From assembly GCA_963699755.1 (NCBI GenBank), contig CAVOVB010000003.1, forward strand, positions 731,726 through 795,725: DNA of 64,000 bases. The letters run 5' to 3'. The stretch comes from an uncultured delta proteobacterium. Its GTDB lineage: Bacteria; Myxococcota_A; Polyangia; Polyangiales; Houyiibacteriaceae. Each line of letters begins with the position of its first letter. Position 1 is the first letter of the stretch. Below are positions 1 to 10,100 of this stretch, one piece after another. The notes below the pieces were generated by a model. That model ran no database searches, was not told the origin of the DNA, and saw nothing but the letters and a program-made list of their open reading frames with translations. Both the position numbers and the translations under genes were made by a program.

Positions 1-170
1 TATTTGTCGGTGATGAAGGAGATCGGCAGGTCGAGGATATCCAGCTCGTGCTTCCGGATCAGATGCAGGAGTAGGTCTAGCGGCCCTTCGAAGTTGGGCA
101 GCTCGATCCGGAAGTTTGGGTCCAGAGCCTCCGGGCCCAGGGGCGCCGGCACAGGGCTGGGCTGGTTCAT
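1..170 (-). CDS. scpA: Segregation/condensation protein A, N-terminal part (runs off the window edge)
   Basis: Manual translation from ATG at 170: MNQPSP...[38 protein letters not shown], which has the Scp[10 protein letters not shown] motif. Not in the ORF track. Confidence 0.9.
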   Translation of the reverse strand, partial: MNQPSPVPAPLGPEALDPNFRIELPNFEGPLDLLLHLIRKHELDILDLPISFITDK

Positions 171-205
171 CGCGAGGCAACCATGCGCTGCTACTCTCCC
201 AGCTG

Positions 206-676
206 TCAATCGCCGCGGGCTTCATTGAGCGCTTCGATGACCGCCTCGACATGCCCCTTCACGTTGACTTTGGGGAAGTGCTTGATGACTTTGCCGTCGG
301 GTCCGATCAGCACGGTCGAGCGGATAACCCCCATCGACTTCTTGCCGTACATGTTCTTCTCGCCCCAGGCGCCGTACTTTTCGAGCATCTTTGCGTCGGG
401 GTCGCTGAGCAGCGGAAACTTCAAACCATATTTGTCCGCGAACTTGCAATGCGAATCGATCGAGTCCTTGCTGACACCTACAACGACCGCGTCGCGTGCG
501 TTGATTTTACGCAAGGCCTTGTTGAAGTCGTTGGCTTCCGTGGTGCAGCCCGGCGTGTCGTCGCGCGGATAGAAGTAGACGATGACGTACTTGCCGGCGA
601 GGTCTTTGAGGGCCAGCTTGCCGCCTGTGGAAGATGGCAGATTGAACGCGGGAGCCTTGCGGCCTTCTTTGATCAT
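206..676 (-). CDS. bcp: Thioredoxin-dependent peroxiredoxin (BCP/PrxQ)
   Basis: [15 protein letters not shown] motif, 156 aa. Confidence 0.95.
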   Translation of the reverse strand: MIKEGRKAPAFNLPSSTGGKLALKDLAGKYVIVYFYPRDDTPGCTTEANDFNKALRKINARDAVVVGVSKDSIDSHCKFADKYGLKFPLLSDPDAKMLEKYGAWGEKNMYGKKSMGVIRSTVLIGPDGKVIKHFPKVNVKGHVEAVIEALNEARGD

Positions 677-769
677 GAAGAGCCGTGTATTGCCGGTTTG
701 TGCCCGCTGTCAACGCCTCAGGGGCCTCACGAACTTGGATTCTTTCCGCGCCGCGCCCAAGATCGCGAT

Positions 770-1447
770 ATGAGCCCCCGAACCCTCATCGTCGGTGACA
801 TCCACGGCTGCCGCGAGGAGCTCGAAGATCTGCTCGCCGAGTCGGGCTGGGAAGAGGACGAGCAACTGGTGATGGTGGGAGATTTGGTCGCCAAGGGTCC
901 GGATTCGCTCGGAGTTATTCGGTTGGCTAGAGAACTCGGTGCGCAGGCGGTTCGGGGCAATCACGACCAACATTGCCTGAAATGGTGGGACGCGGTCCAG
1001 GCGGGGGACGATCCCCCCAGGCTCAGGCCGGCCCATCAGCGGGTTGCGGACGAGCTCGAAGACGAAGACTGGCGCTGGCTGGCTAGCCGTCCGCTTTGGC
1101 TCGAGCTCCCCGAGCACGACGCCCTGATCGTGCACGCAGGGCTGGTCGCCGATCTGCCTCTCGAAGATCAGGACCCCAACGATCTGATGAACATGCGAAG
1201 CATCCTCGACGATGGAACCCCCTCGCGCAGCTACACGGAGGGGACACCATGGGCTTCGCTCTGGCCAGGCCCACGGCTGGTGGTCTTCGGTCACGACGCC
1301 GTGCGCGGCCTGCAGAGCTATCCTCATGCGGTCGGCCTGGACACCGGCTGCGTGTACGGCGGCTGGCTGACCGGTCTCTGGCTGCCCGGACGAGATCTCG
1401 TTGCGGTGCCCGCGCGCGCGACCTACACGCGTCCAGAGAAGGACTGA
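770..1447 (+). CDS. Metallophosphoesterase (ApaH/PrpA-like)
   Basis: GDIHG, GDLVAKGP, GNHD, VHAG, FGH and LDTGCVYGG motifs; likely start is ATG 770. Confidence 0.9.
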   Translation: MSPRTLIVGDIHGCREELEDLLAESGWEEDEQLVMVGDLVAKGPDSLGVIRLARELGAQAVRGNHDQHCLKWWDAVQAGDDPPRLRPAHQRVADELEDEDWRWLASRPLWLELPEHDALIVHAGLVADLPLEDQDPNDLMNMRSILDDGTPSRSYTEGTPWASLWPGPRLVVFGHDAVRGLQSYPHAVGLDTGCVYGGWLTGLWLPGRDLVAVPARATYTRPEKD

Positions 1448-1451
1448 GGGG

Positions 1452-1808
1452 ATGGAGGTTTGGGTCTGCCGGGAAGAGGACTTGCAGCAAGGCGTCGTGC
1501 GCACCACTCGGCTCGGCCTCGATGATGACGGCATTCCGATCGTGGCCCTCCTGCTCCGCGATGCGAGCGGTGCCATCGTCGCCTACCGCAACCTCTGCCG
1601 GCACCTGCCGGTGCCGCTCGACGGCGGGACCGGCGAGCTGCTCAGCGACGACGGGGCGCACTTGATCTGCGGGACGCACGGAGCGATGTACCGACTCTTC
1701 GACGGCTACTGCGTGGATGGGCCTTGCGAGGGACTGTCCCTGCGGCCCTTGGTCGTCCGACGCGACGGTGAAGACCTGTACGTCTCGGACGGGCCCGAGC
1801 CAGGCTGA
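1452..1808 (+). CDS. Rieske 2Fe-2S ferredoxin-like protein
   Basis: NLCRH...ICGTHGAMY...GPC Rieske ligands. Confidence 0.85.
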   Translation: MEVWVCREEDLQQGVVRTTRLGLDDDGIPIVALLLRDASGAIVAYRNLCRHLPVPLDGGTGELLSDDGAHLICGTHGAMYRLFDGYCVDGPCEGLSLRPLVVRRDGEDLYVSDGPEPG

Positions 1809-1888
1809 GCCGCCCAGGCAGCGCGGTACCCTCGAATTTGAACCAGCTCAGCCCGGTTGCTACGCTGGGCCCCTCAAAAGGGGGGGAT

Positions 1889-2617
1889 ATGCGGAATTAC
1901 GCTTGGTTGATCTTGAGTATGGGTTTGAGCCTCAGCCTGATTGGCTGCGGTGGAGATGAGAACGGCGGCGGCACGGCGGGCAGCGGCGGCACGGGCAGCG
2001 GCGGCACGGGCGGCGGCACGGCGACCGTCAGTGGCATCGTGTACAGCGCGGTCTTGGAAGGCGAGTCGACCCCGGTCGCCGGGGCGACCGTACAGGTAGT
2101 CGGCGGGCAGTCGACGACAAGTGGTGCGAACGGCGCGTTTTCGGTCGAGGCGCCCCTGGGGACGGTCATGTTCCTGACGACGGCGCCCAACGCCTGGGGT
2201 GAGCTTTTCACGGCGAACGTACCTGCAGGAGGCGAGGACATGGCGGAGCCCGAAGTGATCCCAGACACGCTGGTGGCCACGATTGCCGCAGCCTTGGAGC
2301 AGACGGTCGATCCCACGAAGGGAATCGTGAGTGTGGAGTTCGACCCAGAGGTCGCCGTGGGCGGAGAGACGGCCGAGCTCACGGCCAAATACGGCTTTGC
2401 GTTCGTGATCGACGATGTCGGTGATCCCGTTCTCAGCAAGACGCTCGTGGCAGGTGGCGAGACTGTCGTCATCTTTGGAAACGTGGATCTCACTGAGGAT
2501 GTCGGGCCCAGCGCAACGGGCCCTGCGAGCGAAACCTGCACGCTGGCATTCCCGACTACGGCATTCCCGAGCCAGGCGAAGGTGTTCACCGTCGTGGAAG
2601 TGGCGCCCTGTCCATAG
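1889..2617 (+). CDS. Lipoprotein with Gly-rich linker and carboxypeptidase-regulatory-like beta domain
   Basis: Lipobox LIGC, GGTAGSGGTG linker, then VSGIVY...VAGATVQV...TTSGANGAFSV. Confidence 0.7.
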   Translation: MRNYAWLILSMGLSLSLIGCGGDENGGGTAGSGGTGSGGTGGGTATVSGIVYSAVLEGESTPVAGATVQVVGGQSTTSGANGAFSVEAPLGTVMFLTTAPNAWGELFTANVPAGGEDMAEPEVIPDTLVATIAAALEQTVDPTKGIVSVEFDPEVAVGGETAELTAKYGFAFVIDDVGDPVLSKTLVAGGETVVIFGNVDLTEDVGPSATGPASETCTLAFPTTAFPSQAKVFTVVEVAPCP

Positions 2618-2637
2618 GGGTTGAGACGATATGAACG

Positions 2638-2672
2638 ACGGGCTGGCGGCGACGTCGTCAGCCCGTTTTTTC
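2638..2672 (+). terminator. Rho-independent terminator
   Basis: Stem ACGGGCTGGCGGC/GTCGTCAGCCCGT followed by a T-run, just after the lipoprotein gene. Confidence 0.65.
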
Positions 2673-3515
2673 TTGCCTTGCGCTCCAGGCCGCAGGCGAG
2701 GAAAGCGGGCCAATGTCGGCCCAGGGCTTGTCCTCGCAGTTGCGGACGACCTGCTTGCGGGCGGTCAGCACTTCGGCGCCATCGCGCGTGACCAGGACGG
2801 TGTGCTCGAACTGGGCCGACAAGGAACGATCCATCGTGAGCACCGTCCATTCGTCGTCCATCACCTCGGTCTGGTAGCCGCCGATGTTGATCATGGGCTC
2901 GATCGTGAAAACCATCCCGGCCTTGAGGCGCTTGTCTTTGCCGCGCCGTCCAAAGTGTGGGATCTGGGGCGGCATGTGGAACTCCCGGCCGACGCCGTGG
3001 CCCACATAGTCTCGGACGACCGAGCAGCCCTTGCCTTCGGCGTACTCTTGAATCGCTGCGCCGATATCGCCGATGCGATTGCCGTGCTTCACTTCGGCAA
3101 TGCCTAGCTCGAGACATCGTCGCGCCGTTTCGACAACCAGAATCGCTTCCTCGCTTGGCTGGCCGACGTAGAAGGTCACGCTCGTGTCGCCGTGGTAGCC
3201 ATGCTTTTTGGGCAGATAGGTGGTGACATCGACGTTGACGATGTCGCCGTCCGCGAGGACCTGTTCGCCTGGGATCCCGTGGCAGACGCAATCGTTGACG
3301 CTCGTGCAAACACTCTTCGGAAAGCCCTTGTAATCGAGCGGAGATGGGTACGCGTCGTGCGAGACGATGTAGTCGTGGACGAAGCGATCGATCTCGTCTG
3401 TCACGATTCCGGGGCGAATGATCTCCCCCACCGCGGTCAGGCAATCGGCAGCAAGTTGGCAGGAGCGCCGCATGTCCTGAAGCATGCGCGGGGTCATGAG
3501 CTCGATGGCAGACAA
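2658..3515 (-). CDS. map: Methionine aminopeptidase type I
   Basis: CTSVNDCVCHGIP, GDIVNVDVT, GHGVGREFH, FTIEPMIN and SAQFEHTV motifs; TTG start at 3515 follows GAGG. Confidence 0.95.
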   Translation of the reverse strand: MSAIELMTPRMLQDMRRSCQLAADCLTAVGEIIRPGIVTDEIDRFVHDYIVSHDAYPSPLDYKGFPKSVCTSVNDCVCHGIPGEQVLADGDIVNVDVTTYLPKKHGYHGDTSVTFYVGQPSEEAILVVETARRCLELGIAEVKHGNRIGDIGAAIQEYAEGKGCSVVRDYVGHGVGREFHMPPQIPHFGRRGKDKRLKAGMVFTIEPMINIGGYQTEVMDDEWTVLTMDRSLSAQFEHTVLVTRDGAEVLTARKQVVRNCEDKPWADIGPLSSPAAWSARQEKTG

Positions 3516-3655
3516 GGGAATCCTCAAGCGAACGGACCTACCGCTTGTAGGACAGCGCTGCAAATTGTCGACCGCAGTGGCCTCTTGGCGCTGGTTTGAC
3601 CCTCTCCGGCGATGGCACTAAGTAGCCGCTACGATAGGTCTTGAGGGCTTTTTTC

Positions 3656-3889
3656 ATGTCAGACACGTATAATAATGTCCCGATGAGCGAATCGATGGCC
3701 GCGCGCACCGAAAAGGAAGACGCGTATTGGACGGGGCCCAAGCTCATCGTGCTGAGCTTCGTGACCCTCGCCCTCGCCTTTGCCCTGCTCTGGTCGATGG
3801 CCCAAGGCATCATCGGGCCGACCCAGCACGATGCCGACTACGGCCACGAGGTGCACTTCCTGCAGCCCGGCGGCGGCCCGCTCGACTGA
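3656..3889 (+). CDS. Small single-pass membrane protein
   Basis: One hydrophobic helix (LIVLSFVTLALAFALLW); GAGGG upstream. Confidence 0.65.
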   Translation: MSDTYNNVPMSESMAARTEKEDAYWTGPKLIVLSFVTLALAFALLWSMAQGIIGPTQHDADYGHEVHFLQPGGGPLD

Positions 3890-3900
3890 GCCCGTCGCGC

Positions 3901-4080
3901 CTAGAAGTCGAAATCGAGCTCTTGAGGCTCTTCGTTCTTGAGCGAGTCGTCCTCGCCTGGCTCGAAGGTCGCTTCGGAGTAGAGATCGTCCAGAGACCAA
4001 CCAGCCTTGTGATGGCGGCGCAACTCTTCACGCTCGAACTCGGCTAGGTTCTGATAATTCTTTGGTCCGCTAGGGCGCAT
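3901..4080 (-). CDS. Small acidic protein, 59 aa
   Basis: MRPSGPKNYQNLAEFEREELRRHHKAGWSLDDLYSEATFEPGEDDSLKNEEPQELDFDF; strong GGGAGGGG RBS; below the ORF track length cutoff. Confidence 0.7.
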   Translation of the reverse strand: MRPSGPKNYQNLAEFEREELRRHHKAGWSLDDLYSEATFEPGEDDSLKNEEPQELDFDF

Positions 4081-4232
4081 GTCCCCTCCCTTTTGGCCAA
4101 CTCGCCAGCCAGTAACTGGTATGGCGAGTGACTACTTTGTCCTACATCTGGGCACACCCTACCCAGCGCGATCGAGATGGCAAAAAAACAGACGAGATTG
4201 AAACCAAGGACCTGCGCTGGTAGACGCAATCC

Positions 4233-5003
4233 ATGAGTCGGGTGGTAGCGATCGCCAATCAGAAGGGCGGCGTGGGGAAGACGACCACTGCGGTCAACTT
4301 GGGCGCCAGTCTCGCCGTGGCCGAGCAGCGCGTCCTGCTGGTCGACCTCGATCCGCAGGGCAACGCATCCACCGGTGTCGGGATCAGCCCTGGCGACGAC
4401 GACCTGGAGGGGTCCTACGAGCTGCTCCTCGGCGAGGTCGAGACGGCCGATGTGATCTACGAGACCGACATGCCGTACCTGCATGTCATTGCCGCGACGC
4501 AAGATCTGGTTGGCGCTGAGCGCGACTTGCTGCAGGCCGACGACAGCGCGATGCGCTTGCGCAATGCGCTAGATGCCGTTCGTGACGCCTACGACTTCAT
4601 CATCATCGACTGCCCGCCATCGCTCGGCATGTTGACGATTAACGCTCTGACCTCGGCTGACATCGTGATCGTTCCGCTGCAGTGCGAGTACTACGCGCTC
4701 GAGGGATTGTCGCAGCTGGTGGGAACCATCGAGCGCGTGCGTGCCTCGGTGAACGAGCATCTCGAGATTCACGGCGTCCTTCTTACGATGTTTGATGCGC
4801 GCAATAACCTCGCCAATGAAGTCGCCGCCGAAGTGAGGCGCCACTTCCACGTCTACGAGACAATCATCCCGCGCAACGTACGCCTCGCAGAGGCTCCTTC
4901 TCACGGGAAACCCGTGATCTTGTACGACGCTTCCTCGCGTGGCTCGTACACCTATCTGAACCTTGCGCGCGAGCTGCTCGATGATCTGGAGGTAGCGGCG
5001 TAG
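4233..5003 (+). CDS. parA: Chromosome partitioning ATPase ParA/Soj
   Basis: NQKGGVGKTTT, DLDPQGN, IDCPPSLG and RNVRLAEAPSHG motifs. Confidence 0.95.
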   Translation: MSRVVAIANQKGGVGKTTTAVNLGASLAVAEQRVLLVDLDPQGNASTGVGISPGDDDLEGSYELLLGEVETADVIYETDMPYLHVIAATQDLVGAERDLLQADDSAMRLRNALDAVRDAYDFIIIDCPPSLGMLTINALTSADIVIVPLQCEYYALEGLSQLVGTIERVRASVNEHLEIHGVLLTMFDARNNLANEVAAEVRRHFHVYETIIPRNVRLAEAPSHGKPVILYDASSRGSYTYLNLARELLDDLEVAA

Positions 5004-5857
5004 TGGCGCGAAGACGCTTGGGGCGTGGATTGGACGGCCTGCTTCCGGCAGCGCCGCCCCCGTCTGAACGCTCCGCGAAGAACAGCGCGGCGATCGAGGA
5101 CTTGTATCCGGGCCGGATGCAGCCGCGTGGTCGGATGGGTGCAGAGGGGCTCGCTGAGCTTGCCGCGTCCATTCGAGAGCACGGGGTGCTCGAACCGATT
5201 CTCGTTCGCAAGCGGCCGTCGGGAGGCTTCGAGATCATTGCCGGCGAACGCCGTTGGCGCGCCGCACAGCTTGCCGGTTTGAAAGAGGTGCCGATTTTTC
5301 AGCACGATCTCGGTGACGAAGCCGCGTTCGAGGCGGCGCTCGTCGAGAATCTGCAACGCGAGGACCTGAACCCGCTCGAAGCCGCCCGGGCCTTTCAGCG
5401 ATTGGCCGACGACTTCGGATACACGCAGGATGCCATCGCAACGAAGATTGGCAAGGAGCGTTCCACCGTCGCCAATGCATTGCGACTTCTGAAGCTTCCA
5501 AAAGACGTGATGGAGCTAGTCGAAGACGGCCAATTGAGCGAAGGTCACGGTCGGGCCCTACTCGCTGCGCCGAGTGTGTCGAGCATGAAGAAGCTCGCAA
5601 GGAGCGCCGTATCGAAGGGTTGGAGCGTCCGCGAAGCGGAGCGGCAGGCTCGGCGCGCGGCGCGGGGTGACGGCGATGGAGCCGGAGCGAAAAAGGCGGG
5701 CAAGAGCACAAACGTGCAGGACCTCGAGCAACGACTGTCACGAGCCCTCGGCTCCACCACGACGATTCACGAGAGCGGGAAAGAGCGAGGTCAGGTTCGG
5801 ATCAACTACGCGAGCTTCGACGAGCTGGATCGGATCATCGAGAAGCTGACTTCGTAG
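5003..5857 (+). CDS. parB: Chromosome partitioning protein ParB/Spo0J
   Basis: LGRGL N-terminus, AGERRWRAA, ENLQREDLNP, and HTH with RSTVANALRLL. Confidence 0.95.
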   Translation: MARRRLGRGLDGLLPAAPPPSERSAKNSAAIEDLYPGRMQPRGRMGAEGLAELAASIREHGVLEPILVRKRPSGGFEIIAGERRWRAAQLAGLKEVPIFQHDLGDEAAFEAALVENLQREDLNPLEAARAFQRLADDFGYTQDAIATKIGKERSTVANALRLLKLPKDVMELVEDGQLSEGHGRALLAAPSVSSMKKLARSAVSKGWSVREAERQARRAARGDGDGAGAKKAGKSTNVQDLEQRLSRALGSTTTIHESGKERGQVRINYASFDELDRIIEKLTS

Positions 5858-5870
5858 AAGTCAGCGTACC

Positions 5871-6055
5871 GGGACGCGGGGGAACGCGACGCGAGGGTTC
5901 AACGGACGACCCGGATTGCAAGCGTGGCCGGAAGGGCTGGGGCCCGAGGCCACGCAAGCCGGGCCTCGGAGCTCGCGGCCATCCGGGGTGGCTGCTGTCT
6001 TGCGGATCGTCAGTCACGCGCGGCCGAATCCCCGCATCGCGGTCCCCCGCGCCCC
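5871..6055 (-). ncRNA. Candidate structured RNA, 185-nt rod (6S RNA-like)
   Basis: The ends pair (5871-5883 with 6043-6055) and nested helices continue inward. A-C mismatches on + become G-U pairs on -. Confidence 0.45.
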
Positions 6056-6180
6056 TCCATAAGGAGACATGAACAACCCCCCCAACACCCGCGGCAGCGC
6101 GAGCCCGAAGGGCGAAGCCCGGTGCAACGTGCCGGCAAGGCAGAGCGGTGTAATTAAACCGAAGCGCCAGCGCCCGTGAA

Positions 6181-7032
6181 TCACATGATCCGCGCTTCGG
6201 CAGCGTCTACCGTATTGCTCAGCAACATCGCAATCGTCATCGGCCCGACGCCGCCCGGCACCGGCGTGATGTAGGACGCGCGTTCCTTGGCGCCTTCGAA
6301 GTCGACGTCACCGGTGAGGGTGCCATCGTCGAGGCGGTTGATGCCTACGTCGATGACCACGGCGCCGTCCTTGATCCAGTCGCCCTGGACTAGGTTCGCG
6401 CGGCCAACTGCGGCGATCACGATATCGGCCTCGCGAACTCGTGCGGCGAGGTCTTCGGTGCGCGAGTGGGCGATGGTGACCGTCGCGTGCTTCTCGAGGA
6501 GCATCAATGCAATCGGCTTTCCGACGAGCGTGCTGCGGCCGAGGACCAAAGCGCGCTTGCCCTTGGGGTCACAGCCGACGTGGTCGAGCATGCGCATACA
6601 GCCGCTCGGGGTGCAGGGACGAAGCCCCGTGCGGCCGACCACCAGAAGCCCGGCGTTGAACGGGTGGAGGCCATCGACGTCCTTAGCCGGGTCGATCGCG
6701 TCGACGATGGTTTGGTCGTGGAGGTGATCGGGGAGAGGCAGCTGAACGAGGATGCCGTCGATCTGGTCGTCCCCGTTCAGCTCGAAAATCAGCGTGAGAA
6801 GATCCGCCTCGGAGGTATCGGCCGGGAGCCGGTGCACCCTTCCTTCAATGCCGGCGCTGGCCGCCGCCCGCTCTTTGTTGCGGACGTAGACTTGGGAGGC
6901 GGGGTCTTCTCCTACGAGCACGACGTGCAAGCCTGGCCCTCGGTTGTGCGTAGCCCTGAACGCTTCGGCGCGTGCCTTGACCTCTGCCCGCACTTCTTTG
7001 GCAAGCGCCTTCCCGTCGATCAACTCAGCCAT
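6181..7032 (-). CDS. folD: Methylenetetrahydrofolate dehydrogenase/cyclohydrolase
   Basis: [18 protein letters not shown] and [12 protein letters not shown] motifs. Confidence 0.97.
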   Translation of the reverse strand: MAELIDGKALAKEVRAEVKARAEAFRATHNRGPGLHVVLVGEDPASQVYVRNKERAAASAGIEGRVHRLPADTSEADLLTLIFELNGDDQIDGILVQLPLPDHLHDQTIVDAIDPAKDVDGLHPFNAGLLVVGRTGLRPCTPSGCMRMLDHVGCDPKGKRALVLGRSTLVGKPIALMLLEKHATVTIAHSRTEDLAARVREADIVIAAVGRANLVQGDWIKDGAVVIDVGINRLDDGTLTGDVDFEGAKERASYITPVPGGVGPMTIAMLLSNTVDAAEARIM

Positions 7033-7118
7033 GGTCGGGGGTCTATCAGGAGCTCAGCCCATTCTCAAACCCGCAGGCCCAGTGGAAATCGCGGCTTGGC
7101 GTGGTATGCCGCGTCGCT

Positions 7119-10100
7119 ATGTTCGACCCGGTCTCCCCTCAGGTTTCCTTCCCCGAAATCGATGCGACGCAGCTCCTGTTCTGGGAGAATGCCCACATTT
7201 TCGAAAAGACCCTGGAAAGCGGCGAGGACAAGCAGGCCTTCGTCTTCTACGAAGGGCCGCCCACGGCAAACGGGATGCCGCACCCGGGCCACGTGCTCAC
7301 GCGCGTCATGAAGGACGTCTTCCTTCGCTACCGGACGATGTGCGGCTACTATGTGCCGCGCCGTGCCGGCTGGGACACGCACGGCTTGCCCGTCGAGGTC
7401 GAAGTCGAAAAGGAGCTCGGCATCAGCGGACGCGAGGCCATCCAGGAGTACGGCGTCGAAGCATTCAGCCGAAAGTGCATCGACTCGGTGTTCCAATACA
7501 TCGGCGAGTGGCGGAAGATGACGGAACGGATCGGATTCTGGGTCGATTTCCATTCGGCGTACGTGACCTTCCACAAGTCCTATGTCGAAAGCGTCTGGTG
7601 GGCGCTTTCGGAGATGTTCAAAGAAGGACTACTCTACCAAGGCTACAAAGTCGTTTGGTGGTGGCCACAGGGCGGCACTGCGCTGTCCGCCGGTGAGGTC
7701 GGCCAGGGTTACCAGACGATCGATGATCCCTCTGTGATGATTCGCTTTCCGGTAATCGGCGAGGAGCGGACTTCCTTTCTCGCCTGGACCACTACACCGT
7801 GGACACTTCCGTCGAACATCGCACTCGCGGTCGACGCGAAGACCGACTACGCAACGGCTGAGCTAGAAGACGGGGAGCGCCTGATCCTCGCCGCTGCGCT
7901 GGTCCAAAAAGTCGTGGGCAAAGAGGCGAACGTCATCGCGACCCGAAAGGGCTCCGAGCTCGTCGGTATGAGCTATGAGCCTCCGTTCCACTACGCCGAG
8001 CCAAAAGAGGGCCCAGCTTGGAAGGTCGTCGACGCAGATTTCGTCTCGCTCGAGAGCGGCTCCGGCCTGGTCCATCTCGCGCCCGCTTTTGGCGAGGACG
8101 ACTTCCGGGTCTGCAAGGAAAAGGGCATGGGTTTTCTGCAGCTCATGAAGCCCGATGGTACTTTTCCGGACGAAGTCACCGACTTCGCGGGCCGTTTCTG
8201 CAAAGAGGCAGACCGTGACATCATCCGCAACCTGCGTGCGCGCGGAGTCCTCTTCAACGAGGAAGTCTACCGCCACGACTATCCGTTTTGCTGGCGCGCC
8301 ATGCAAGACCCGCTCATCCAGTATGCCCGCCGTTCCTGGTTCATTCGGACCACCCAAGAGATCGGGCGCGTCAAAGAGAACAACCAGAAAGTTCACTGGG
8401 AGCCCGAACACGTCAAGAGCGGCCGCATGGGGCAGTTTCTCGAGGGCAACGTCGACTGGGCACTTTCGCGCGAGCGGTTCTGGGGAACGCCGCTCCCGAT
8501 TTGGAAAAATGACGAGACCGGCAACGTGGAGGCTGTTGGCTCGGTTGCCGAGATTCTCGAACGAAATCCGGACGCCTTCGCTCACTTCGATGAGGCCAAG
8601 GCCGCTGACCCGACGCTTCAAGATCATCTGATGGTCCACAAGCCCTGGATCGACGAAGTCAGCTGGACCAAGCCTGGCGAGGCAGGCGTGTACCGTCGTG
8701 TGCCCGAGGTAATCGACTGCTGGTTCGATTCGGGCTGCATGCCCTTCGCGCAGTGGGGCTTCCCTCACCAGAACGCAGACGATTTCGAGCGCAATTTCCC
8801 CGCGGACTTCATCACCGAGGCGGTCGATCAGACTCGTGGCTGGTTCTACTCCCTGATGACGATCAGCTCGCTCCTGTTCCCCGAGCGCGAGCTTCCACAT
8901 CCTTTCAGGAACTGCGTCGTCCTGGGATTGATGACCGACGAGAAAGGCAAGAAGCTCAGCAAGCGGGACAAGAACTACACCGACCCGCTGGTCCTCATGG
9001 ATCGGGTGGGCGCCGATGCGGTTCGCTGGGCGCTCTATGCGGGCACCGTGCCTGGGCAAAACACCCGCTTCTTCGACGACGCCGCCACCGATGCTGTCCG
9101 CGAGTTCCTTCTGAAGATTTGGAACGTCTACAGCTTCTTCGTCACCTACGCGAATATCGACGGCTGGACGGCCGATGCGAAGCGACCGGCACTCGCCCAG
9201 CGGCCCGACATGGACCGGTGGGTGATCGCCGAGCTCGACGCCACCGTGCGCGCGGTGCGCCAGGAGCTCGATGATTATAAAAGTCACATGGCGGTACGAC
9301 ATCTCCTCGGCTTCGTCGATGGGCTTTCCAATTGGTACGTTCGCCGAAGTCGCGCTCGCTTTTGGGCTTCCGATGATACCGAAGACAAGCGTGCCGCCTT
9401 TGGTACCCTCTACGAGGCATTGGTGGATCTCACGAAGCTAGCTGCGCCTTTCATTCCCTTCATGACCGAGACGCTGTTCCAGAATCTCGTTCGCAAGGAG
9501 AATCCTGAGGCGCCGGAGTCGGTGCATTTGGCATCGTTTCCCGAGCCGAACGAAGCACGAGTCGACGACGAGCTTCGAAAGACGATGGAGCGGGTCCGGA
9601 ATGTGGTCACGCTCGGGCAGCGGGTGCGAAACGAAAACAAGCTCAAGGTGCGCCAGCCTTTGGCCGAAGCGATCGTGGTCGTAGCGGACGACGCGGAGCG
9701 GCGCGGTATCGACCGTTTTGCGAGTGCGATTCGAGAAGAGCTGAACGTGCGCGAGCTCGGCTTCACACAGGAGCCGCACAGGTACGTCGAATTCGAGCTC
9801 GTTCCGAATTTCCGTGTCCTCGGACCGAAGCTCGGCAAACAGGTGCCGGCTTGCAAGAAAGCGCTTGCCGAGGCCGACGGGTCGGCGCTCTATGCCGAGA
9901 TGGAAAAGAACGACAAGATCGTGGTCGAGCTTCCCAATGGTCCGATCGAGCTCACACCGAGCGAGGTGGAGGTTCGATTGAGCGCGCGGGAGGACTTCGC
10001 CGCTGCTTCCGGCTCAGGACAGGTGGTGGTGCTCGACACTCGCGTCGACGACAGTCTCCGCCGTGAAGGCTTGGCCCGAGAGGTGATCAATCGGATTCAG

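Noticed and set aside
116..769. Long N-terminal extensions in the ORF track (also ribD, rplS, capD and the HARE-HTH gene)
   Set aside because: They overlap real genes or precede the family start, and are open-frame artefacts of high-GC DNA.
5871..6055. tmRNA, RNase P RNA or SRP RNA
   Set aside because: It lacks a tRNA-like 3' end, the GAGGAAAGUCC motif and the SRP loop motif.
6071..6135. Integron attC-like sequence (CCCAAC...GGTGCAACG)
   Set aside because: There is no matching GTTRRRY end, no integrase and no cassette array.
7863..9302. Long antisense ORFs (also 1897-3444, 31099-32955, 16030-17067)
   Set aside because: They lie opposite well-supported genes and carry no recognisable motifs.
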